From an uncultured Lentisphaera sp. (GTDB lineage: Bacteria > Verrucomicrobiota > Lentisphaeria > Victivallales > GWF2-50-93): a stretch of DNA of 33,592 bases. The DNA lies in contig CAZXAC010000002.1 of NCBI GenBank assembly GCA_964638335.1, positions 1 through 33,592 of the forward strand, written 5' to 3'. The notes beneath the pieces were generated by a model. The model did not search any database, was not told where the DNA came from, and was given only the letters and a program-made list of their open reading frames with translations. The translations under genes were made by a program, and so were the position numbers. The number at the start of each line of letters is the position of its first letter. Positions within the stretch are counted from its first letter, which is position 1. This document shows positions 8,033 to 15,964 of this stretch, one piece after another.

Positions 8033-9748
8033 ATGGCCGACAGACTTAGAGATTTTGGCGATACCCTCATCAAGGTCATAGGTGGTTCCATGAAGGGAAC
8101 CGAGTTTAACGCGAAGAAGGGGGAAATTAGTTTCGGCCGAGGACAAGAGGCGGATATACAAATACATGATCAACTCATATCGAGAGTTCACTGCAAACTG
8201 ACTTGGGAGGGCGGAAACTGGTATGTCGAGGATCTGAACAGCACAAACGGCACTTGGATGATGGGCAGGAAGTTGACCAAAAAATCCATATTGCCTCTAC
8301 GAACTTCAGTCAGGGTCGGCAATTCCATATTTGAATTGTTTAACATGCACAGCCGTGATGATACGCAGTCAGTCAGCATGCCGCTAGTGACCTACAGGAT
8401 ACAACCCCAGACCTTGGCATCGTCACAGCCGATGCAGGCTACCGAGGCACATAAGGAAATGACGAGGCTTATAGAGGAGGAGAACAAGCGTCTATCCCTG
8501 ATATACAAGTTTCAAAATCAGATAAGTTCGATATTTAAGGAAAATGAGCTTTATCCCAGAATTACAAAAGCCGTCATGGGGTCGATAAAATCTGATGAAG
8601 TGTTTTTGCTTGTTTACGACGTTGATAATGGTCGTTTCTCTCCTGTAGCCTGCCGCAAGGGAGATCAGGACCTGACCGATATATCTAAAAATGCCATCAA
8701 CAACAATATTGTTGATTTCGTGCAGGAGAACCATGAAGCCGTGCTTTCAACTGGCAACAGGATAGGCGATCCTTTTAAGGCGGCCAGCGAGGGGCTTGCG
8801 GCTCCGACAATGAATATAATGTGCGTCCCGATGTTCGGCAAGCAGCAGCTTAACGGGATGATCTACACGACAATGACCAGCGCGGAACGCCAGTACAACG
8901 AGAACGACCTCAGAATCCTTACGGTGCTCGGCCATATAGCCGGTATGGCGCTTGAGAATGTCCGCCTCATAGAGTTCAATTTAAAAAATGAAAGGCTCGT
9001 CGCCACGGGGACAACTGCGGCAAGCCTGTCTCACTGCATAAAGAACATTATAGCTGGATTGGACGGAAGCCTTAATCTTTTAAAGATGGGAATAGATGAG
9101 AACGACATCAACCTTGCGAACGAAGCTCTTGGCATACTTAGCAAGAATCATCGCCGCTTGGGCAATCTCGCTCTTGACCTGCTTAATCTCACCACGGACC
9201 AAAAACTTAACCTCAAGCTTATAGACCTAGGTGATGTGATAGCCGAGTTGACTGAAACTATGGCGGTTCAGTTTAAGCAGGATGGAATCACTATATCCGC
9301 AACTCTTGATCCGTCTGGAATACCGCTTTGCGCGGAAGTTGACGAGAAGGGCATACACAGAGTGATATTGAATCTTCTTACCAACGCCGAGCATGCCGTG
9401 CTAGAGAGAATAGAAAAAATGGGAGCGGAACCTCCCGGCAACATCACTATATCTGCAAAATTCAATGAACAAAAAGACCAGATCCTTGTTTCTGTTTCAG
9501 ATAATGGAATAGGAATAGAGTCAGATAGAGCTGCAACACTTTTTGATATGTTCAACACTACAAAGGGAATGGGCGGTAGCGGTCTGGGACTTGCTGTTTC
9601 AAAAAAGATAGTGGAAGCCCACGCTGGGACTATATATGCGACAGGACAGAAGGACAAGGGATGTACGATGACCTTTTCCCTTCCTGTAGGTGTGGAAGAA
9701 TCTACCACGTCCACCAGAACAATAAGAAAAATCTTCAGGGAATCCTGA
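8033..9748 (+). CDS. FHA-GAF sensor histidine kinase (no receiver domain)
   Basis: 571 aa. FHA domain: FGRGQEADIQIHDQLISRVHCKLTWEGGNWYVEDLNSTNGTW. A central GAF-like region follows, then the H-box AASLSHCIKNII and the HATPase motifs NLLTNAEHAV, DNGIGI and GGSGLGLAVSKKIVEAHAGTI. Confidence 0.9.
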   Translation: MADRLRDFGDTLIKVIGGSMKGTEFNAKKGEISFGRGQEADIQIHDQLISRVHCKLTWEGGNWYVEDLNSTNGTWMMGRKLTKKSILPLRTSVRVGNSIFELFNMHSRDDTQSVSMPLVTYRIQPQTLASSQPMQATEAHKEMTRLIEEENKRLSLIYKFQNQISSIFKENELYPRITKAVMGSIKSDEVFLLVYDVDNGRFSPVACRKGDQDLTDISKNAINNNIVDFVQENHEAVLSTGNRIGDPFKAASEGLAAPTMNIMCVPMFGKQQLNGMIYTTMTSAERQYNENDLRILTVLGHIAGMALENVRLIEFNLKNERLVATGTTAASLSHCIKNIIAGLDGSLNLLKMGIDENDINLANEALGILSKNHRRLGNLALDLLNLTTDQKLNLKLIDLGDVIAELTETMAVQFKQDGITISATLDPSGIPLCAEVDEKGIHRVILNLLTNAEHAVLERIEKMGAEPPGNITISAKFNEQKDQILVSVSDNGIGIESDRAATLFDMFNTTKGMGGSGLGLAVSKKIVEAHAGTIYATGQKDKGCTMTFSLPVGVEESTTSTRTIRKIFRES

Positions 9749-9779
9749 GAAATTGCTTACCAGCCAAGCGGAGCCTTCT

Positions 9780-10520
9780 TCAGAACGATACCTTTACATC
9801 TCCGCTGACTTTGATAGGAGGAGGTATTATTCTGACTCCACCATTATTATCCCAGTCGTGATCCCATTTGCGGAACATTAGAGGAGATGTAGGGTCCCCC
9901 CAGGGATTTATATCAACTATCAGTATTCTTCCGCTCGCTGTAAAATATATGTCAACCGCGGAACTCACCGTCGGCAAGAGCCAGCTTACTTCTCCAAAAA
10001 ACGCACTAGCCTTTTTCCAGAATCTTTCCTTCACCCCCTCCAGCCTCCTGAAGTGTCTTGTGAGCCACAGCTGGCTCATTCCGACAAGTTTTTTATCCTT
10101 TATAAAAAGACGGAATTCCTTTGGTCTGCTCATCCTGCGATATGGTCGTACGCAGATATGATCTGAATTCCCAGAGGCGACCGATTTCCTGACTTTTTCG
10201 CTGAGAGCCAAAAATCTCCAAGCGCTTTCTGCTGAGATGACCGCTCCATATTTGGATTCAAATCTTTCAGTGTCAGTTGGCGCTGCGCAGTCTACTGATA
10301 CAAATTTGCTTCCGAAAAAGATTTTCATCGCTCCATTAAGACGGTGGATCGCGCCCTGAACGCTTTCCCCCTCGCAGACTCCTTCAATTATAAGTTTCTT
10401 ATCCTCTTCATTAAGCTTCATGAAGCTCGTCGGAAAAGTATAATTCGCCAAGGAATCATACCATGCGGAAGTTTTGAATACTTGCAGATTCTGTTCAGAA
10501 GATTTCATCGTCACTGTCAT
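9780..10520 (-). CDS. Cdc123/D123-family ATP-grasp protein (bacterial homologue)
   Basis: 246 aa with block-wise similarity to eukaryotic CDC123, recalled from memory. SAWY lies near the N-terminus. KFVSVDCAAPTD resembles VFPKLNWSAPRD. CVRPYRRMSRPKEFRLFIKDKKLVGMSQ resembles LVLRKW..IPGAEFRCFVKENKLIGISQ. VDIYFTASGRILIVDINPWGDPTSPLMF resembles FDIYRDSRGKVWLIDFNPFGEVTDSLLF. The start could instead be the ATG at 10508. Confidence 0.8.
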   Translation of the reverse strand: MTVTMKSSEQNLQVFKTSAWYDSLANYTFPTSFMKLNEEDKKLIIEGVCEGESVQGAIHRLNGAMKIFFGSKFVSVDCAAPTDTERFESKYGAVISAESAWRFLALSEKVRKSVASGNSDHICVRPYRRMSRPKEFRLFIKDKKLVGMSQLWLTRHFRRLEGVKERFWKKASAFFGEVSWLLPTVSSAVDIYFTASGRILIVDINPWGDPTSPLMFRKWDHDWDNNGGVRIIPPPIKVSGDVKVSF

Positions 10521-11424
10521 CTTCCTCCTCTTTAGATGGATTGAGTTTTTTCTGAAGGCTGTTTATGACTACAAAAGTGTAAATAGAGAAACAGATGAAG
10601 CAAACTGTTTTGAAATCCAAAAAAGGAAGAGAAAGCCCGCTGTATAGAGTCGCTATGATAATTGCCGGAAAACTTGAATAAATAATAATTGAAAGGAAAT
10701 TCAATGCTTTTATTTTTTCGAGAATTTGACTGCCAAAAACACTGGAAACGGTTAAGATCATCACAGCATAGAGCGGTATCGAAAAGATTATGTCAAAAAT
10801 TATTCCTCCAAAATGTATGATTAAAACCAGAAGGAAAATTGGGATTTTGGCCTCGGAGAAGTCAAAGTATTCCTTGTCTTGGTATATTGATACATCGAAG
10901 CTGTCTTTTCTTGCTGTATCAAGTACAGATTCGAGCTTTCGAGAGCTTCCCTTTGAACTTTGCATTTTTGCAAGTCCGGAAAGAAGGGGGAAGTATTCAT
11001 ATTTGGAGTCTTTTTTGACCCAGAAATACAACGAATCGGGCATCCAGATGACCCCATTGATTGCGCCAGAATCTTCTATTTTATGCTCAGTTAACTTATC
11101 CGGGATGTAATCCACTTTTGTCTTTCCGAGTTTTATTTTTTTTGGCACAGCTTCCTCTCTGATTGGAAGCATTCCTTTGGAGTCGAACTTTATGCCGCCA
11201 AAACAACGGTAAAGAGCGTCGCAGTAGGCGAAGCTTGTCTTCATCAAAGGAGGAGCTTTGATGAGAACGTAGATGCAGGAGCACAATACTGACAATATCA
11301 AAAAATGACTAATAGTACGGGAAAACGGGAACTTGCTTATACGGGAGAAAACGTCGGTCCCGGAACACACACCCAGCGTAGTCTCAAGGAAACCCTCTGC
11401 GATTTTGGCGTTTTCTATTTTCAT
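10495..11424 (-). CDS. hypothetical polytopic membrane protein with an acidic C-terminal tail
   Basis: 309 aa. One N-terminal TM segment is followed by a ~140-aa loop and 4-5 C-terminal TM helices. It ends in SKEEEDDSDDEIF. It overlaps def by 4 nt upstream and the ATP-grasp gene by 14-26 nt downstream. Confidence 0.7.
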   Translation of the reverse strand: MKIENAKIAEGFLETTLGVCSGTDVFSRISKFPFSRTISHFLILSVLCSCIYVLIKAPPLMKTSFAYCDALYRCFGGIKFDSKGMLPIREEAVPKKIKLGKTKVDYIPDKLTEHKIEDSGAINGVIWMPDSLYFWVKKDSKYEYFPLLSGLAKMQSSKGSSRKLESVLDTARKDSFDVSIYQDKEYFDFSEAKIPIFLLVLIIHFGGIIFDIIFSIPLYAVMILTVSSVFGSQILEKIKALNFLSIIIYSSFPAIIIATLYSGLSLPFLDFKTVCFICFSIYTFVVINSLQKKLNPSKEEEDDSDDEIF

Positions 11425-12014
11425 TTCACTGTTCTTATGAAATTGTTCTGAGCGGAATTTTTCTTAAGCAAATCCATTTCCGATTTTATTTTGGAGAACG
11501 CTTTTTTCCCAAGACGATCGACGAACAGAACCCCATCAAGGTGGTCAATTTCGTGTTGGATTGCCCTGGAAAGAAGTCCCGCGCATTCTATGGTGATCTT
11601 TTCTTCGTAGTTGACTATTCCCTCAAAAACTATTTGGGCAGGTCTCTCAACTTCGGAAAATATTCCGGGGACGCTGAGGCACCCCTCTTCACGGATGGAG
11701 AGTTCTTCCCCGAAAGATATTATTCGGGGATTTATTATTACAGCCGGCATTTTTCTGGGAAGAAGTTCTTCCCCTGGGCTTAAAGGACGACCAAGTTTGA
11801 CCGGATCAGGGCTGGGAACGCACAGCGCTATCATTCTCAATTTTACCCCCAATTGCGTTGCCGCCAATCCAACACCATCATACTCCAGCATCATCCTGAT
11901 AAGCTCATCTCCGAAGCGCTTTATCTCTCCGTCTATTTTTTTTACGGGGACAGCCTTCTCAGAAAGTTTCGGGTGTCCATATACAAGTATGTTTAATTTT
12001 GAATCTATTTTCAT
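11421..12014 (-). CDS. def: peptide deformylase
   Basis: 197 aa with all three PDF motifs: GVGLAATQLG, EGCLSVPG and QHEIDHLDG. Confidence 0.95.
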   Translation of the reverse strand: MKIDSKLNILVYGHPKLSEKAVPVKKIDGEIKRFGDELIRMMLEYDGVGLAATQLGVKLRMIALCVPSPDPVKLGRPLSPGEELLPRKMPAVIINPRIISFGEELSIREEGCLSVPGIFSEVERPAQIVFEGIVNYEEKITIECAGLLSRAIQHEIDHLDGVLFVDRLGKKAFSKIKSEMDLLKKNSAQNNFIRTVK

Positions 12015-12063
12015 TTGGATTTTGAATCTATTTTTCAGTTTTCAAATATTGCCTTATGATCTT

Positions 12064-12828
12064 CTACAAACCGCCAGTCACTTCATAAGTTGAGCCGCTT
12101 ATGTAAGATGCCTCCTTTGAGGCGAGGAAAAGAACCGCGTTTGCAACCTCTTCGGGTTTCCCGAAACGTTTTAAGGGGACTTGATCTCTATAAGCTTTTT
12201 TTTGTTCTTCTGATAGATCTGCTATAAGTTCAGTATCTATGAAGCCGGGAGATACGCAATTCACGGTTATGTTTTTCCTCGCCGCCTCTTTGCAGAGGGA
12301 TTTCGCAAAGGCTTCCTGAGCCGCCTTTGACGAAGCGTAGTTCGCCTGACCCGCGAAACCATATTTGCCAGAGGGAGAACATATATTGATAATCCGTCCA
12401 AATTTTGATTCCATCATCTTCATCAGAGCGAACTTGCTCATGTTAAATGTTCCAGTGATGTTTACATCAAGAACCTTCTTCCAGTCATGAAAACTCATCA
12501 TTCCAACTATCGAGTCCTTCCGGATCCCGGCACAGTTCACAAGAATATCCAAAGAAGCGTGCCCAGAATTGAATTCCTTGAAAAAAATCTCCACTGCATT
12601 GTAGTCTGAGACGTCGAGTTGACGGGTCTTCAGAGGGAAGCCTTTCCAATCCTCAACGAATCGCTCTGCCGAAACGGAGTCTCCTGCGAAAATCGCAGTT
12701 ACCGAGGCTCCAGCTTTCAAAAAAGCCTCACTTATGGAGCGCCCTATGCCGCGCGTGCCACCGGTTACGATTGCGCAAGATCCACTAAAATCAAAATTCG
12801 TATTTTTATTGTCCGGCATGATGACCAT
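12064..12828 (-). CDS. fabG: short-chain dehydrogenase/reductase, 3-oxoacyl-ACP reductase (FabG)-like
   Basis: 254 aa. TGGTRGIGRS Rossmann motif, NCAG, and catalytic YASSKAA (YxxxK). The specific substrate cannot be read from the sequence. Confidence 0.75.
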   Translation of the reverse strand: MVIMPDNKNTNFDFSGSCAIVTGGTRGIGRSISEAFLKAGASVTAIFAGDSVSAERFVEDWKGFPLKTRQLDVSDYNAVEIFFKEFNSGHASLDILVNCAGIRKDSIVGMMSFHDWKKVLDVNITGTFNMSKFALMKMMESKFGRIINICSPSGKYGFAGQANYASSKAAQEAFAKSLCKEAARKNITVNCVSPGFIDTELIADLSEEQKKAYRDQVPLKRFGKPEEVANAVLFLASKEASYISGSTYEVTGGL

Positions 12829-12995
12829 TCTCTTTTGGACGGTTTCACTAAATGCTCAGGCGGGGAATATACCTCAGGAAGAGGATAAATCAAAACAATC
12901 ACATCGTTGAGATATTCTTGTGTTTCATTATGGAAATCGCCCGTCAGACAGGATATATTAGAAAATAATTTTAACAACAAAAAAAATCACGATTA

Positions 12996-15188
12996 ATGAA
13001 ATTCCAATGCCAGATGTGCAGCTGCGCCATTCATGATGTCAAGCCGTGGATGCTTGGCAAGAAGATTGTCTGCCCTAATTGCTCCAAGAACGTGGCGATG
13101 CCATCGAGTCCTTTCGGCGTTGGACGAATGATAGGCGACTATATAATAGAAGAGAAGCTGGGAGAAGGATCAATAGGAACAGTCTATCTAGCTCATCAGG
13201 CGTCTCTTGACAGGAAGGTCGCACTTAAAATTCTCTCCGAACAGTATGCTAATGCTAAAGGCATGTCGGCTTTCCTTTCAGAAGCGAGATCGGCGGCGAA
13301 ACTTTTGCATCCTAATCTTGTTCAGTGTTTCGGCGTCGGAGAAGAGAATGGCGTATGCTATATGGCGATGAACTACATAAAAGGGAAAACTCTTAAAGAT
13401 AAGATCAAGTCGAACGGAAAGATTGACGTTGATGAAGCTCTTCACATAACTCAGCAGGTCGCAGAGGCCCTTCACTGCGCCTGGGAGGAAGCCAGACTGA
13501 TACACCGCGACGTAAAACCTGAGAATATAATGATAGATGACGACGGCGTGGTGAAGCTTACTGACCTTGGACTTGCCATGCCTCAGACGGCTTGGCACGA
13601 AAATATGGAAATATCGGGCAGCCCCTCTTACATGAGTCCAGAGCAGTTTACAGGAGAGAAACTCGATTCGAGAAGCGATATATACAGCCTAGGAGTTTCA
13701 TTGTATCAGATGCTATGCGGAAAATTGCCATTTGTAGGTAAGACTTTGAATTCCGTAGCCAGGCAGCACTTCAAGGAAAAGGCCGTCCCTATAAACAAAC
13801 TTGTGCCAACCACGCCTAGGGCAGTATCAGATCTTGTCGGGAAAATGATGGCAAAAAATCCGGACGACAGGTTCAAAAGTATGGAGGACTTGCTCCAGGA
13901 GATATGGCGCATACGCCAGACAACAGCCCCGGAAAGGGAGCTTGTGCCCGAAGTGCACACTGTGACAATGAAAAAACTCGATTATGACCTGCAACTTCAA
14001 TCGAAGGCGAGAAAGATTCAGATACAAATGTCCGAACATGAGGAGAGGAAGAAGTCCGAAGTCCTCATAAAGATAGTCGCAATTACCGTGCCAATAGTCG
14101 TAATCGCGGTGATTCTACTGATAGCAATGTTCAGTCACAACGACGTGAAAAATCAAGAGGGAAATAAACTTATTGAAAATCTGGAGTCCATGCTTGCGGA
14201 TGAGGATGAGAGTTTGGTCGCTCTTGACGATGAGTTTGAGAAAACCAAGAAAGCCTTGGGAAAACTCGTACAAAAGCCAGATCCGTATATGATGACAAGG
14301 TTGAGCCTCTGCGAAACAAAAATCGAAAATATCAGGATAAAAGAAAAGAATAAGCTGCTGGAAGCCCAGGTTTCGTCAAGCGGGCAGAGGCTTCGTGAAA
14401 TCGAAAACAAAATGCAGGAAACTTCAAACGTAGCGAATGATTCCAAAGAAAAGGAGAAACGGATAAAACAGCTCGAAAGCAAGATCCAATCTATCCAAAA
14501 AGATTTGGAAAAAGAAAGGGAAATCGTACAGAATTTGAGAAACAGGATAAATTCAATGCGGGAAAGAGAAATGAAACTTTGGATTGATGATCTGCGAGTA
14601 AAGACGGCAATACTCATAAGAAATGGTAAGTTTTTAGATGTTTACGCATTGCTCAAGATTTCTTCCCAGGGAGTTTCTGCAAAACAAGAAAGATGGATAG
14701 ACGATAAAAAAGAAGAAGTTGAAAACATAGAAAAGATCTTTACCAGTATCGAGAATAGCGGTCAACGTTTTGCGGGATTGGCTCTGAAAGAAGGCAAACT
14801 GAAGGAAATAAATGGAGCAACTGCCACAGTCATTAACAATTCAAACGTTGCTGAAAACATATCTTGGAGAAATCTTTCCACGGAAAGCCTTAAAATGATA
14901 ATCCCCCCTGACGTCTTGTCAGCATGCGGAGATAAACTTCCGTACTATCTCGCAATGCTTAACGGAAGATTTTCAGAAGCAAACGAAATTATTGTCAAGG
15001 AGACAGAACTAAAAGATACTATGTTGGCGGTGAGGAATTACGTTTACGAAAATATAAGATATCTGGCGGCTACAGACAAGAAAAAGGCCGCCGCAAGATC
15101 CGAGGATTTTTTTAGGGATTTCGATAAAACGCAAGACCTCGACAAACTGAAAAAAGAGCTGAAATCCGTTCTAGATAACGTCAACTGA
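12996..15188 (+). CDS. Ser/Thr protein kinase with an N-terminal zinc ribbon, one TM segment and a long coiled-coil C-terminal region
   Basis: 730 aa. Zinc ribbon: CQMCSC...CPNCSK. Hanks kinase motifs: GEGSIGTVY, VALKIL, HRDVKPENIM, DLGLA and SPSYMSPEQ. TM segment: VAITVPIVVIAVILLIAMF. A KE-rich heptad-like region follows. Confidence 0.9.
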   Translation: MKFQCQMCSCAIHDVKPWMLGKKIVCPNCSKNVAMPSSPFGVGRMIGDYIIEEKLGEGSIGTVYLAHQASLDRKVALKILSEQYANAKGMSAFLSEARSAAKLLHPNLVQCFGVGEENGVCYMAMNYIKGKTLKDKIKSNGKIDVDEALHITQQVAEALHCAWEEARLIHRDVKPENIMIDDDGVVKLTDLGLAMPQTAWHENMEISGSPSYMSPEQFTGEKLDSRSDIYSLGVSLYQMLCGKLPFVGKTLNSVARQHFKEKAVPINKLVPTTPRAVSDLVGKMMAKNPDDRFKSMEDLLQEIWRIRQTTAPERELVPEVHTVTMKKLDYDLQLQSKARKIQIQMSEHEERKKSEVLIKIVAITVPIVVIAVILLIAMFSHNDVKNQEGNKLIENLESMLADEDESLVALDDEFEKTKKALGKLVQKPDPYMMTRLSLCETKIENIRIKEKNKLLEAQVSSSGQRLREIENKMQETSNVANDSKEKEKRIKQLESKIQSIQKDLEKEREIVQNLRNRINSMREREMKLWIDDLRVKTAILIRNGKFLDVYALLKISSQGVSAKQERWIDDKKEEVENIEKIFTSIENSGQRFAGLALKEGKLKEINGATATVINNSNVAENISWRNLSTESLKMIIPPDVLSACGDKLPYYLAMLNGRFSEANEIIVKETELKDTMLAVRNYVYENIRYLAATDKKKAAARSEDFFRDFDKTQDLDKLKKELKSVLDNVN

Positions 15189-15264
15189 GCCGTAAATATC
15201 TTGTAACCAAGCGCCAATCAAATCGTTTAAACGCTAAAAACATGTAATAAATCCGTTGGCTTTG

Positions 15265-15293
15265 TTGACTTTTTACGGCGGACAGTTTAGCTT
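15265..15293 (+). promoter_or_regulatory. sigma70-like promoter candidate (TTGACT-17 nt-TAGCTT) for the flavoprotein gene
   Basis: TTGACT at 15265-15270 and TAGCTT at 15288-15293, about 30 nt upstream of the GGAG RBS and the ATG at 15323. The hexamer style matches the riboswitch promoter at 22142-22169. Confidence 0.4.
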
Positions 15294-15322
15294 AAAACAA
15301 AAACAACCTGGAGATCCTATAA

Positions 15323-15892
15323 ATGAAAGTTGCCTGCCTAATGGCAAGCCCGAGAAAAAAGGGCAACAGTGTGCATATAGCAAAAAGGATATGCGAAAAG
15401 GCTGCCTCAAAGGGCGCGGAAATTAAATATTTCTATCTTAATGAGATGAAATATGTCGGTTGCCAGGCATGTATGGCATGTAAGACTGGCAGTGAAAAAT
15501 GCGTGATAAATGATGACCTTGAAGAAGTCCTTGATGCCGTAGCGGAGGCGGATGTCCTCGTCCTAGCTTCCCCAGTTTATTTTGGCGACGTGAACGCCCA
15601 GATGAAAGGATTTATAGACAGGGCGTTCTCATTCCTTGTACCTGATTTTTATTTTGCTGATAACAAGAGCAGGCTTAAGCCGGGAAAGAAACTCATATTT
15701 GTATTGACCCAGGGACATGAGGATATGAACTCTTTCGCCGACATATTCCCCAGATATGAATTTTTCTTCAGCTGGTATGGATACACAAAACAGGTCGCGA
15801 TACGCGGAGCAGGGTTGCTCGACGAAGAAGACGTTGCAGCAAAGAAAGATATAATAAAAGAAGCAGACAAGGTCGCCGAAGATTTCTTTTAG
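15323..15892 (+). CDS. NADPH-dependent FMN reductase / iron-sulfur-flavoprotein-like flavodoxin-fold protein
   Basis: 189 aa. The MKVACLMASPRKKGNS start is typical of the FMN_red family. A Cys cluster (CQACMACKTGSEKC) and SPVYFGDVNAQMKGFIDR are also present. Confidence 0.75.
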   Translation: MKVACLMASPRKKGNSVHIAKRICEKAASKGAEIKYFYLNEMKYVGCQACMACKTGSEKCVINDDLEEVLDAVAEADVLVLASPVYFGDVNAQMKGFIDRAFSFLVPDFYFADNKSRLKPGKKLIFVLTQGHEDMNSFADIFPRYEFFFSWYGYTKQVAIRGAGLLDEEDVAAKKDIIKEADKVAEDFF

Positions 15893-15926
15893 TACTTCCT
15901 GTTCCGTTTGCAGAAGAGAATTTGAT

Positions 15927-15937
15927 GCGAAATTCGC
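15927..15937. repeat. intergenic copy of the iterated interrupted palindrome TGCGA-N3-TCGCA (exact GCGAAATTCGC)
   Basis: aTGCGAAATTCGCAa lies between the flavoprotein stop (15892) and the GH13 start (15965). It is one of at least 19 GCGA-N3-TCGC sites in the window (see findings). Confidence 0.8.
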
Positions 15938-15964
15938 AAAATCACCATAAGTAGTGGCAATATC

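Noticed and set aside
6613-8191. Minus-strand ORFs 6613..7080 (155 aa) and 7610..8191 (193 aa).
   Set aside because: They lie antisense to nrdR and to the coupled ORF/kinase start. They have no motifs, and the sense-strand genes are strongly supported.
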